Below are positions 20,716-30,759 of a stretch of 64,000 nt of DNA, in pieces. The position numbers and the translations under genes were made by a program. The notes beneath the pieces are model-generated. The model worked only from the letters and a program-made list of their open reading frames with translations, searched no databases and had not been told where the DNA came from. Within the stretch, counting starts at the first letter, position 1; every line of letters starts with the position of its first letter. The stretch is from Oscillospiraceae bacterium (GTDB lineage: Bacteria; Bacillota; Clostridia; Oscillospirales; CAG-272): contig SVRN01000009.1 of assembly GCA_015064805.1 (NCBI GenBank), positions 2,614 through 66,613 of the forward strand, read 5' to 3'.

Positions 20716-21478
20716 GCTGAAATTGAAGCGACTGCTTCTACGGATGGGCGCGACACAACGCGTCGCGCTTTGCACTTTATGCTACTTCTTGGCCTTTCCC
20801 AAGAAGTAGCCAAGAAGGAAACTTAAGGGCCTAATGCCCTTAAGAAACCCGCAAGATTTGCCGCTTTCGCTATCTTTTGGTGGTTACCAAAAGGCGTTAT
20901 CGCGTTTGCAATCTTTGCGTCAGCGGATCAAAGATCCGCTTCCTATTGCAAGCAGGCTATTACTTCTTACTTCATTTTGTGCCGCGCTTCAAAGAGGACA
21001 GAGGAGAAAAACATATTTAATTCAATTCATCTCTCGCCGTTTTGCCACCACGCGCGGCAGGCGGAGGGAGCGAAATCATTTTTGTTAAAAAGTTAGTTGA
21101 ACCGGAGTGCGTCGCAGATAGCAAAAGTTTTTTCTGTTTTGCTTGCGTGCGACTTCCGTGAGCGTGGCTTTATTTAAGCCGCGCTCGCAAAATCTGAAGA
21201 TGCTCAACTCCGCGCAAACATGAGCGGAGTGACAACGCAGCGACGTTTGCGCGTTGCGGGTATCCAAAGGGCATTAGGCCCTTTGGCGCGCAATGTTTGC
21301 GCCCGCGCTTGCGCGATGTTCGCGTTTAGCGAACAAGCAAACTTGCGATTTCGGCTTGCCGAAATCTGGTTTCTTCCGCCACTTCTTGCCGCGTAGCAAG
21401 AAGTGGCATCAAATCCGCACAGCGCACGCGCAAAGCAGTGTGCGCGTCCGTAGAAGAAGATGCAGAAAAACTAAATTT
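20716..21478 (+). repeat. HME copy 6 (with E and X modules)
   Basis: Full arms are present and the X module lies at about 21286-21375. The right end abuts the maf stop. Confidence 0.85.
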
Positions 21479-22069
21479 TCACCAAATGGAAAGCCCAAAC
21501 TGCTCTCTCAGCGTCGTCTCCAGCCGATACACGGGCAACCCCACGACGTTGAAATAATCGCCGCGAATGCCGCTGATCCACAGCGACGCCGTGTCTTGAA
21601 TCCCATACGCCCCTGCCTTGTCCATCGGCTCGCCGCTGTCGACGTATTTTTCCATGATCTCCTCCGACAAGAGCGCAAACGTCACCTCGGTCACCTCGTG
21701 CGCCGTGACGATCTTGTCGCCGCGAAGCACGCAAATGCCGCTGATCACGCTGTGGGTGCGATCGGACAAAAGACGAAGCATTCTCAGCGCATCCGCCCTG
21801 TCTCTCGGCTTGCCTAAAATCTCACCGTCCGGGCTGACGACGACGGTGTCGGCCGCCAGAATGACCGTGTCCTCGGTCAATTTACCTGCCGCACGTAAGG
21901 CAGCTTGCACGGCCGTTGCCTTGCGGTGAGAAAGGATCTCAACCAGACGGGCACCGTCGCGCTCGTCGCTCGTTTCGTCCGCGTCAGCGCAAACAACGCA
22001 AAATTCCAGCCCCAGATGCGAGAGAATTTCTCTGCGGCGGGGCGAGGCGGATGCTAAAACAAACTCCAT
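21479..22069 (-). CDS. maf: Maf-like nucleoside triphosphate pyrophosphatase
   Basis: MEFVLASASPRRREIL... and GAYGIQD motifs, 196 aa. Confidence 0.9.
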   Translation of the reverse strand: MEFVLASASPRRREILSHLGLEFCVVCADADETSDERDGARLVEILSHRKATAVQAALRAAGKLTEDTVILAADTVVVSPDGEILGKPRDRADALRMLRLLSDRTHSVISGICVLRGDKIVTAHEVTEVTFALLSEEIMEKYVDSGEPMDKAGAYGIQDTASLWISGIRGDYFNVVGLPVYRLETTLREQFGLSIW

Positions 22070-22133
22070 GAAAACGTCCTTTCAAGGGCGGACCGCATAC
22101 GCGCCGTACGCGGCCCATCCATCATCAATCAAA

Positions 22134-24368
22134 TCAATTCTTGGCGGTGGAGTCGATCAGAATACCGTCCTCCAGGCGCTTGGCGTCGGCGAGCATCTTT
22201 TCAACGAAGGATGCGTCAACGAAAAATTCGCCCTCGCCGTTGATGGTCATATAGGATCTGCCCTCCGAATAGCGGTAGAAGCGGAAGACCATCTGTTTTT
22301 TGTTGTTTTGCGGGAAATAGGTGGGGTTGGTGATCTTGGCGTAGTCCTCGGAGTCGATTGAAATAATCAACTGACACTTGCTGTCGTCCAGCGCGCGGAG
22401 TGCGGCCATTTCCTCTTCACTCAGCGTGAAGTGATCACCCACCCGAGCGTCGCCGCCAATGGTCAGCGAGAGCAGCGTCTTATAGAACTGACGCAAATTG
22501 TAAACGGGGTTTTCCTCGGTGACCTTGCCCGTGGCGTAGGCCGTCTTGTAGACGACGTAGTCGGGCGTGACGCCGTTGATGGTGAACTGAATGTCCAGCG
22601 AGTTGACGTTCTCGCTCTGATCCGAGCGGGAGTTGTCAAATTCCAGATGCGAGGAATAGCTGGGAGAGATGATATCCATCGTCTTCAGATAGGCGAGGTT
22701 GTGCCAGATGACGGCGGGATTGATCCAATCCAGCGTGTCAAATTCGACGAAATACATGGAGATCTGTTTGACCTCGGCAACGACGTCGCACAGCTCGGAA
22801 TAGACGTAGTAGGTGCCGTTCTCGGTCTTTTCGCTGATCCAGAGCGTGTTGGTTACGAACGAGTCAAACTTGACGTCTCCGTTGGTGTCCAGCTGAAGAT
22901 CGTACGAAAGGATCTTGTAGGGCTTATCCAGACCGTAATCAGCCAGTACGCCCTCATCCTTGTGAACGCCCAGCTTGCAGATCTTTGAGATGGAGGGCTC
23001 GTACATGGCCTGCAAAATGGTGCTGAGCACGTCGCTGTGGAGGCGATAGCCGCCAAACTGATAACGATAGCCGCTGCCCGTCTGATAGGGCTCGGCCGAG
23101 TACATGGTGCTCGAGCGCATGGTCAGGTCGATATAGTCAAACGCAACGTCAACGTCAATGTTGAGGTGACTGCCGTCGATGCAGGTGCCCAACAGGAAGT
23201 TCTCGACGTTGAAGCAGGTGGTCATGGTGGCGGGATAGGTGATGCGTTTTGTGATCAGATTTTCAATGGGCTGGAACAACGCTTTTTCGTAGTTGTCGTT
23301 GTTCATCATATAAACCTTGTTATCACCCTTGAGCATACAGTAGTAACCGCCGTTGCCAACGACGGGATCGCCGATGATGACGGTGTGGGAAACGGTCACG
23401 ACTTTGCCGTCGGCATCCTTTTTCCAGCTGCCGTCGGCGTTCTTGAGCGCGCCCGTGATGGTATATTCAATGGGGGTGTATTCGTATTCGTTGCCTTCTT
23501 CGTCCGTTCTCGTCTCGCTGACCAGACCGTACTCTGCAAGACCCAGCTCGGCGACGCGGTCGGTCGGCAGCTTGTTGATGGTCAGAGGATAGCCCGCGGC
23601 CACGCACAGATAGGCGTACAGCTCGGGGTCGTAGGATACGAGATACTTGCCATCCTCGTAGCCTTCAATGACGATTTCCTTTTTCTCCGCCGTGATGTCC
23701 TTGGTGTAGATCTTGAAGTCGCCGTTGTGGTTATGAACCTCAAGGCTGACCACGTTGGCCTGTTTGATCTGAGCGAACATCAGAATTCTCTGCGCCGCGC
23801 CCGCGACCTCGATGCCCTCGGTGGCAACGACGGCAAAGACGGTGATCTTACCCGTCACGGGATCGAGCTTGAGCTGGGTGCCGATCTGAGTCAGATAATA
23901 GCCGTCCTCGTTGGTTTCCAGCTCGTAGCCGTCGGCGTCGAAAATGGAGTAGACGCCGTCGACCTTCTTGGCCTTGTACTCAGCGCCGTCGTAGTCGGTG
24001 AACGGAATGATGCTGACGATGTAATTGACCACGAAAAAGGCGACGATGAGCAGCGCGACGACGCCCAGCAGCGCGAACAGCACGTTCTTTTGCAGGCGGT
24101 AGGACGACTTTTTCTTTTTAGCGGCCGCGCCCTTCTTTTTGGAATAGCGGGCGTAGAGGACGATATCCTCGTCACTTGTGACGAGATCGCCTGCGCTGAC
24201 GCGCTGACCGAGCTTATCGTCCGAGGTATACCAGCCGTCGAACTGATAGCCCTGGCGGCGGGCGATGGGAAGCTCACCGTAGCGCTCGCCCGTGGTGGCT
24301 TCTTTGGACATGGTTTGACATTCACCGCGGCCTGCGCGGAAGATGACGTTGATAATGGTGGGTTGCAT
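22134..24368 (-). CDS. DUF4340-like large exported protein with an N-terminal Listeria-Bacteroides (Flg_new) repeat and a single TM
   Basis: N-terminus GELPIARRQGYQFDGWYTSDD...IVLYARY, then a Lys run, one TM segment and a long ectodomain. It sits downstream of GldG-like genes, as is typical for DUF4340. The domain names are from memory, not from a search. Confidence 0.6.
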   Translation of the reverse strand: MQPTIINVIFRAGRGECQTMSKEATTGERYGELPIARRQGYQFDGWYTSDDKLGQRVSAGDLVTSDEDIVLYARYSKKKGAAAKKKKSSYRLQKNVLFALLGVVALLIVAFFVVNYIVSIIPFTDYDGAEYKAKKVDGVYSIFDADGYELETNEDGYYLTQIGTQLKLDPVTGKITVFAVVATEGIEVAGAAQRILMFAQIKQANVVSLEVHNHNGDFKIYTKDITAEKKEIVIEGYEDGKYLVSYDPELYAYLCVAAGYPLTINKLPTDRVAELGLAEYGLVSETRTDEEGNEYEYTPIEYTITGALKNADGSWKKDADGKVVTVSHTVIIGDPVVGNGGYYCMLKGDNKVYMMNNDNYEKALFQPIENLITKRITYPATMTTCFNVENFLLGTCIDGSHLNIDVDVAFDYIDLTMRSSTMYSAEPYQTGSGYRYQFGGYRLHSDVLSTILQAMYEPSISKICKLGVHKDEGVLADYGLDKPYKILSYDLQLDTNGDVKFDSFVTNTLWISEKTENGTYYVYSELCDVVAEVKQISMYFVEFDTLDWINPAVIWHNLAYLKTMDIISPSYSSHLEFDNSRSDQSENVNSLDIQFTINGVTPDYVVYKTAYATGKVTEENPVYNLRQFYKTLLSLTIGGDARVGDHFTLSEEEMAALRALDDSKCQLIISIDSEDYAKITNPTYFPQNNKKQMVFRFYRYSEGRSYMTINGEGEFFVDASFVEKMLADAKRLEDGILIDSTAKN

Positions 24369-24420
24369 ATGTGGAAAAATTCCCTTTCTTTTTTGTGGAA
24401 AGATGAAATATGAAAATGCT

Positions 24421-25116
24421 GTTTGATAGATGGAAAATTGAACTGCTTGCGTTTACGGGCTCGCACAATGCGCTCGCTGTGTGGTGGTAATGCCTATTCT
24501 TTGCCTTGTCGCAAAGAATAGGCGAAGAAAAGACACTTAAGGGCTTAATGCCCTTAAGAAACCCGCAAGACCTGTTTCTTTCGCTATCTTTTGGTGGTTA
24601 CCAAAAGGCGTTGTGGCATCTGCGAGTTTTGCGCAACGAAATCCAAAGATTTCGTTGCTACTGCAAGCAGGCGATCGTTTTCTGCTTTATTCCGTGCCGC
24701 GCTACAAATTGCTTCACGAAAAAAACATAAAAGTTTATTCTGCATCTCTCGCCGCTTTGCCATCACGCGCGGCAGGCGAAGAGAGAAAAATCGTTTTTGT
24801 TGAAAAATCAATTGAACCGGGGTGCGTCGCAGATAGCAAAAAATTTTGCTTTTTTGCTTGCGTGCGACTTTCGTGTTTGCAAGTTTCTTTAACTTGCAAA
24901 CGCAAAAGCTGAAGATGCTCAACTCCGCGCAAATATGAGCGGAGTGACAACGCAGCGACGTTTGCGCGTTGCGGGAATCCAAGGGGTATTAGACCCCTTG
25001 GCGCGTTTTCTTGGTTCGTTCTTTGCCGCGTGGCAAAGAATGAACACCAAAAACCGGTACAGCGCACGCGCAAAGCAGTGTGCGCGTCAAAAGGAGCCGT
25101 TGTAAAAAAACTCAAT
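24421..25116 (+). repeat. HME copy 7 (with E module)
   Basis: Full arms are present. C hairpins lie at 24492-24523 and about 25013-25046. Confidence 0.85.
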
Positions 25117-25118
25117 TA

Positions 25119-26840
25119 TTACGAATGCTTTCTTCTCGTCATAACGAAAATTCCCGAGCCGAACAGCAATACCGCAGGCAATACCGCCAGCAGTACCGTG
25201 TACGACGTCTTCTGCGACCGGCTGATCCGTCCGTCCTCAACGTCCGTCTCAACGAAGGGCTTGAGATACTGCTCAATGATCGCCGCCATCGAATCCTTAC
25301 CCAGCGCGCGCAACGTGCCGGCCAGCATGTCGGCGTTGCCGTAAGAGTTGGATGCGAGCAGCTCGTCGCACAAGAATTCGGACGAAGCACAAGCAACGAC
25401 GTAAGAATCGTGCGATACCGTCGTGTAACCGTTGCGGTCACCTGCCGAGGTGATCGTTTCGGAGGCAATGGTCATCAGCATGTAAGGATATTCACCCGCC
25501 GTCAGCGCCGTGTCGCCAATATAGGCGGTCGCGCCCTCGCCGGCCGTGAATACGTCAAACGCCTGACGGTAAACGCCGCTGGAATAATAAGCACCGTACG
25601 AAAAAGCGGGAGTTCCCTCCTCGGTGTTTTCCTCGACGAAGGTGCGGTCGTAAACGGGAGAGATCTTAAAGGCGGTCGCGTTGCGGAAGACGACCTTGGG
25701 AGGATAAGCCATCGATTGCATATCCGAGGTGATGGACGAGCCGCCGCCGGCCGTTGCGTAGCTGCCGACCAGCGTCTTGCCGTCGGCGGTCAGCGAGGTG
25801 GAGGGGTCCTTGAGCAGCGCGTTCTGGGCATCCCCTGCCTCGTCGGTCTCGCGGATGATCGAAATGCCCCACTTCTCCAGATATTCTTCCAGCGTGGGCA
25901 GGTGAGGCGTGTCGGCGTTGAAGAACACCATCATGGAGTTTTCGTTGTCAAGGAACTTGTCCAGCTTTTCGATCTCGGATACGGTCGCGTTGCCGAGAAC
26001 GATGTCGTTATATCCCTTGAAATCCTTGGTGGGATCGACGCAGACGACCAGTCGGCAGTCCGCGGGAAGCTCCTGATTTTCAAGGTCGAAATTCTGAATG
26101 ACCTCGTATCCTGCATCCTCCAGCAGAGAGAGGAAGGTCTCGCTGTAGCCCGACTCACCGTGATTGGACAGAAGAACGCACTTGGGAGAGGCGGCCTTGG
26201 TGACCTCAAAGATGGTCGCAAGGAAGCGGCGCTCGCCGCTGTACGCCCAAAGCTCGCCCGTCGTGGTGTCCTCCATGTAGAAGGAATTGATACGCAGATG
26301 GCGATACTCGGAGCCGCTGGCAACGATCACGCTGGTGGGGTAGATGGTGGTGTAGGACGTGGTCTTGTATTTTTGTACCTGCGAGGGGTCGCGGCGGACG
26401 TTGATCGTCTTGACCTCGATGGTGTCGGGAAATTCCTTTTGCAGGCAGAGCGCCGTCATGTAAATGAGGCGGCGGGATCTGTTGGACATGAGATTGTCGG
26501 GGTCGTCGCAGAAGATCAGCTCGACCTTGACGTCCTCCTCGCCCTTGTTGCGGCGGGAGGCGTTGAGCTCGGCGATGGTGTTGTCGAGCAGCTCGACGGC
26601 GCCGGGCGTCAGGGTATACAGCTCGTAGTCCTCTTTGACCGTGATCTTGTTGCCGCTTGCGTCGTATTTGGTCTTGTTGCGCGAGTAGGTGGTCAGGTCG
26701 ATGAACCAGAGCCCGCTCGAGGCAAACACGGTAAACAGCACGTTGATCAGCACGACGCCGGCAAGGACGAGAGCCGTCAGGGCAACGGAACGCGTGGCGC
26801 GGCCGAACCGGCGCCCGCTTCCGGGAGTATTGAATTTCAT
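25119..26840 (-). CDS. GldG-like ABC-2 transporter auxiliary protein (paralogue 2)
   Basis: N- and C-terminal TM anchors flank a large ectodomain. It is paralogous to the upstream ORF, and its start overlaps that ORF's stop. Confidence 0.7.
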   Translation of the reverse strand: MKFNTPGSGRRFGRATRSVALTALVLAGVVLINVLFTVFASSGLWFIDLTTYSRNKTKYDASGNKITVKEDYELYTLTPGAVELLDNTIAELNASRRNKGEEDVKVELIFCDDPDNLMSNRSRRLIYMTALCLQKEFPDTIEVKTINVRRDPSQVQKYKTTSYTTIYPTSVIVASGSEYRHLRINSFYMEDTTTGELWAYSGERRFLATIFEVTKAASPKCVLLSNHGESGYSETFLSLLEDAGYEVIQNFDLENQELPADCRLVVCVDPTKDFKGYNDIVLGNATVSEIEKLDKFLDNENSMMVFFNADTPHLPTLEEYLEKWGISIIRETDEAGDAQNALLKDPSTSLTADGKTLVGSYATAGGGSSITSDMQSMAYPPKVVFRNATAFKISPVYDRTFVEENTEEGTPAFSYGAYYSSGVYRQAFDVFTAGEGATAYIGDTALTAGEYPYMLMTIASETITSAGDRNGYTTVSHDSYVVACASSEFLCDELLASNSYGNADMLAGTLRALGKDSMAAIIEQYLKPFVETDVEDGRISRSQKTSYTVLLAVLPAVLLFGSGIFVMTRRKHS

Positions 26841-28369
26841 CAGGAATATTTCCTCCTTACCAGAACAAAGGTAGCCACGGCCAGAATGAGAATGGCGGGC
26901 GTCAGCGTCAGTCCCAGCGTCCAGCGAAGCATCTGTGCGGTGGTGATACTGGAAATGGTATCGGTTGCAAAGGGCTTGTGGCGCAGACCGATGAGCACGT
27001 TGTCAAGGCCCATATCCTTCTCAACGGACAACAGCACGTCGTTGTTGCCGAAAACGGGGGACTTGAGATAGGCCTCGCGCGCAAAATCGATCGAGCTGCA
27101 GACCATCACGCGGCTGCCGCTCGAGGCGTCGGTGGTGACGGACATGAGCGCGAGCGGATCGTCGTAGCCCTCAAGCTCAGTGCCGCTCGACCAGGCCGTT
27201 GCGCGGGACGAAGCCACGAACACGTCCGAGCGGATGCGATCGCCGCTCTGATAGGTCACGCCGTCCTTGGCGGTATAGCCGTCGGCGGGAAGAAGCACGG
27301 TCGCGTCGCTGAATACTACGCGGGGGGTGTAATCACCTTCCTGCAGGATGGAGGTAATGGCGGCGCCGTTGCCCTCCGTGACGTATTCACCGTAAATGGT
27401 AAAGCCGTCGGCGGTCAGGGAGACGGAGGTATCCTTGACCATGGCGTTGAAGGGGTGACCCGTTTCCTTGTCGTAGGTGCGGCCGATGCGCACGCCCCAG
27501 TCGGCAAGCAACGCCTCAAAGGCGGGAAGCTCGGGCGAGGAGGCGGACAAAAAGACCATCATGTCGCCGCCTTTTTCCAAAAAAGCGGTGACCTTATCGA
27601 TCTCGTCGACCTCGGAAATGCCGTCGGACACGATAAAGTCGTTATTGGGGTTGTAGCAGACGAGCAGCTCGCACTCCTCGGGGATGTTCTCGTAGTACAG
27701 ATCCAGCATCTGGATGTTGTAGCCCGCGTCGCGCAGGGAGAGCAGAAGGCTGTTATCGTAATACAGCTCCTCGTGATTGGCGGTCAGCACGGCCAGCGGG
27801 CGGTCGCCTCCAATCATCGAGGCCAGCGTGGTGGCAAACATACGCTCACCGTCGTAGCCGATGGGTGCGGTGGTGCTTTCCGATCCGAACGTGAAGAATT
27901 CCTTCTGGCCGAACACGCGCTTCTGACCGTCCTCCATCAGAAGGACGACGTTGGTCGAGGCGGTAACGCCCAGCTCGACCGCGCGGCTCTTTTCGACCCA
28001 GCAGTCAAACCAGCTGACCGAGATGTTGTCGGGATAGGCCTGCTCCAGCTCGTGTGCGGTGGTGTAGATATAGTGGCCGACCGAGCCCTTTTCGTATTTG
28101 CGATAGTCCTCGCAGAAAATGATCTCGGCCTTGACGCTCTTGCCGTTTTCGCTCTCGGCCTCTTGGATGGCGTCGTCAAGCAGCTCGTAGCACAGATCCG
28201 ACACCGAGTACAGTCGCTCGGCCGTCATATCGACGTACCACGACTTGTAATTGGCAAGCGCGGAAAAAATGGCATTCAGCAGCACCAGCGCCGTGATCAG
28301 CGCGACCGTCAGATAGACGGTCATGCCGCCGTAACGCATGCGTCGGCTGCGAATCATTGGATGTTTCAT
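26840..28369 (-). CDS. GldG-like ABC-2 transporter auxiliary protein (paralogue 1)
   Basis: Same architecture as 25119-26840. Lies downstream of the ABC-2 permease. Confidence 0.7.
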   Translation of the reverse strand: MKHPMIRSRRMRYGGMTVYLTVALITALVLLNAIFSALANYKSWYVDMTAERLYSVSDLCYELLDDAIQEAESENGKSVKAEIIFCEDYRKYEKGSVGHYIYTTAHELEQAYPDNISVSWFDCWVEKSRAVELGVTASTNVVLLMEDGQKRVFGQKEFFTFGSESTTAPIGYDGERMFATTLASMIGGDRPLAVLTANHEELYYDNSLLLSLRDAGYNIQMLDLYYENIPEECELLVCYNPNNDFIVSDGISEVDEIDKVTAFLEKGGDMMVFLSASSPELPAFEALLADWGVRIGRTYDKETGHPFNAMVKDTSVSLTADGFTIYGEYVTEGNGAAITSILQEGDYTPRVVFSDATVLLPADGYTAKDGVTYQSGDRIRSDVFVASSRATAWSSGTELEGYDDPLALMSVTTDASSGSRVMVCSSIDFAREAYLKSPVFGNNDVLLSVEKDMGLDNVLIGLRHKPFATDTISSITTAQMLRWTLGLTLTPAILILAVATFVLVRRKYS

Positions 28370-28409
28370 AGTGTGGTGTTCCCTTTCTCTTTACTGAAAT
28401 TTCGTTCGA

Positions 28410-29180
28410 TCAGCCCCAACGTCTCTTTTCGTAGACGCGGATGGTGAGAAAGACGAACACGGCAGTCAGCGACACGTAATAAAGGAGTGCCGCAAAGTCA
28501 AAGATACCGTAGCTGAAGTTGGAGAAGCGGTTGAGCACGGACAGCCAGTTGATGACGGCGCGGATGGCGTAGGCGCCGATGATCTGATTGCCCTCGGAGT
28601 CGGTGATATTGTTGAGCATATTGAGCAGAACCATTGCGCACAGAACGCCGATGGTCACGACGGCAGCAGAGAGCTGATTTTCCGTCAGCGACGAAATAAA
28701 GGTGCCGATGGCGATAAAGGCGGCGCCCAACAGCAGAATGGCGACCATGCTGCCGACGATCTCGGCGGTCACGGGGCCGATGTGAGCGACCGAGGTGGGA
28801 TTACCTGCGCGCTCGGCGGCGGCGATGACGTAGATCGGAATGAAGTTGACGCAGGAGACGAGCATGGTGGACACGTACAGCGTCAGCGCGGCCAGATATT
28901 TACCCATGACCATGCCCGTGATGGTCACGGGAGCGGTCAGGAGCAGCTGCTCGGTTCTTCCCTTTCTCTCCTCGGCAAACAGACGCATGGTCAGAAGCGG
29001 GATGAGAATGATGAACGAGAAGATCATGGTGGTGAAATATTTCGAGGTGCTGTAGCTTTCGGATACCAGCGTGGTATAGCAAGCGAGCAGCGCCGAGAAC
29101 ACGAGGAAAATGCCCGTGTAGACGTATCCGATGGGATTGATGAAATAGGAGCGCATCTCCTTTTTATAGATGGCAAGCAT
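28410..29180 (-). CDS. ABC-2 family permease (GldF-like)
   Basis: 256-aa protein with six TM segments, lying between the ABC ATPase and the GldG-like genes. Confidence 0.8.
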   Translation of the reverse strand: MLAIYKKEMRSYFINPIGYVYTGIFLVFSALLACYTTLVSESYSTSKYFTTMIFSFIILIPLLTMRLFAEERKGRTEQLLLTAPVTITGMVMGKYLAALTLYVSTMLVSCVNFIPIYVIAAAERAGNPTSVAHIGPVTAEIVGSMVAILLLGAAFIAIGTFISSLTENQLSAAVVTIGVLCAMVLLNMLNNITDSEGNQIIGAYAIRAVINWLSVLNRFSNFSYGIFDFAALLYYVSLTAVFVFLTIRVYEKRRWG

Positions 29181-29184
29181 AATG

Positions 29185-29419
29185 TGCGGTTGTGACGGCC
29201 GCGCGGGGCGGTGTCTCTCCTTTCTTTTGTTGAAGTTGCGAAAATTTGTCAGCCGCTTTTTCTTTGGTCGCGCAGGCGCAAAGAAAAAGCTATTAAAAAG
29301 AAACGCCGAGGGAGTTTCGCCCTCTGCGGAGGGCGACGAGGGCTCCGCGCCCTCGACTGCGCCCCCTTTTGAAAAAGGGGGACGAAAACTTTAGCGTGTT
29401 TTATCTGCTTTCGGGAAAA
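29185..29419. repeat. short hairpin repeat, family 2 (inside the ABC-2 operon)
   Basis: About 150 nt are homologous to the reverse complement of 39070-39266, with compensatory stem changes. Confidence 0.75.
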
Positions 29420-30529
29420 TCAGTCCTCGTCGTCCTCGGTCTTGTCGGCGTTGCGTTCCAGCGCCTCCTGCTCGGCGGCACGGCGGCGCGCCTCGGCGTT
29501 GCGGTACAGGTCGCCTGCCACGTCGCTCTCAAGGTTGGAGCGCGTCTTGCGGGCGGAGGAGCGGCGCGCGTCGCGGCGATCCTTCTTGTCTGCACCCTCG
29601 GACTTGTCCACGACGGTGATGAAGATGTCCTCCAGGCTCATGCCCAGCGCCTCCATACCGATCATCGCCCAGCCTTTTTCGGCCAGCGTGAAGAACAGAT
29701 TCTTGCGGATGTCCATGCCGTATTCGCTCTCGATGGTGTAGGTGTAGGCGTCGCCGTCGCGCTCGGCCAGCACCTCGGCGTAGGCAATACCGGGCTTGCT
29801 CTTGAGCATAGCCAGGACCTCACGCTGAGGACCGCAGATCTTGACGTTGAAGCGGCGGTTATTTTCAACCGCGCGGCTGATGTTTTCGGTCTTTTCGTCG
29901 GCGACGATCTTACCCTTGTTGATGATGACGATACGGTCGCAAACCGCCTGCACCTCCTGCAGAATGTGGGTGGAGAGAATGACGGTGTGATCGCGGCCGA
30001 GGTTACGGATCAGGTTGCGGATCTCGATGATCTGCTTGGGGTCAAGACCGACCGTCGGCTCGTCGAAAATGATGACCTTGGGGTTGCCGATGAGCGCCTG
30101 CGCGATGCCGACTCTCTGGCGGTAGCCCTTGGACAGATTGCGAATGACGCGGTTGTAAACGTCCTTGATCTTAACGACCTCGCAAACCTCCGCCAGATGC
30201 TGCTCGCGGTCCAGCGTACAGCCCTTGAGCTCGTAGTTGAAGTTGAGATATTCCTTGACGGTCATGTCCAGGTACAGGGGGGGCTGCTCGGGCAGATAGC
30301 CGATGAGCTTTTTGGCGCCCAGCGGGTCGGCAAGGATGTCGATGCCCGCGATGGAGGCCTTGCCCGAGGTGGAGGACAAGTAACCCGTGAGAATGTTCAT
30401 GGTGGTGGATTTACCTGCGCCGTTGGGGCCGAGCAGGCCTACGATCTCACCGCTTTCTACGGAAAAGCTGATGTCGTCGACCGCGCAGAAGGAGCCGTAA
30501 TTTTTGACCAGATGTTCGATCTTTATCAT
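29420..30529 (-). CDS. ABC transporter ATP-binding protein (GldA-like) with a charged C-terminal tail
   Basis: Walker A GPNGAGKST, signature LSKGYRQR, Walker B IIFDEPTVGLD. Start set at ATG 30529 (MIKIEHL). About 70 aa of R/E/D-rich tail follow. Confidence 0.9.
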   Translation of the reverse strand: MIKIEHLVKNYGSFCAVDDISFSVESGEIVGLLGPNGAGKSTTMNILTGYLSSTSGKASIAGIDILADPLGAKKLIGYLPEQPPLYLDMTVKEYLNFNYELKGCTLDREQHLAEVCEVVKIKDVYNRVIRNLSKGYRQRVGIAQALIGNPKVIIFDEPTVGLDPKQIIEIRNLIRNLGRDHTVILSTHILQEVQAVCDRIVIINKGKIVADEKTENISRAVENNRRFNVKICGPQREVLAMLKSKPGIAYAEVLAERDGDAYTYTIESEYGMDIRKNLFFTLAEKGWAMIGMEALGMSLEDIFITVVDKSEGADKKDRRDARRSSARKTRSNLESDVAGDLYRNAEARRRAAEQEALERNADKTEDDED

Positions 30530-30759
30530 GGTTTTGCTGGTATCCTTTCTATGTTTTGCCAAAAGAGGCGTCAAACGGGGTGATTTTGCCCGTTTGCATA
30601 TCAATACAGAGTAAATTATATCATATTATTATGAACAAAGCATGAACTTCGCAAAATTTGTGGGCTTTTCGAGGCTGATTTTTCGGTGAAAACCGTGTGA
30701 AGGAGAAAAATGGAAAATGGGTGTAGACAAAAGGGGAAAAAAGGGGTATAATTGGGGTG

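Noticed and set aside
20638-20775. Longer ORF-track N-termini for mreB (to 20775), cca (from 31617), mreC (to 2768), gyrB (to 5593), mscL (from 43615) and the RNase (from 58897).
   Set aside because: The extensions run into repeat or promoter DNA and lack ribosome-binding sites. Internal ATGs preceded by AGGAG-like sites coincide with the conserved protein N-termini.
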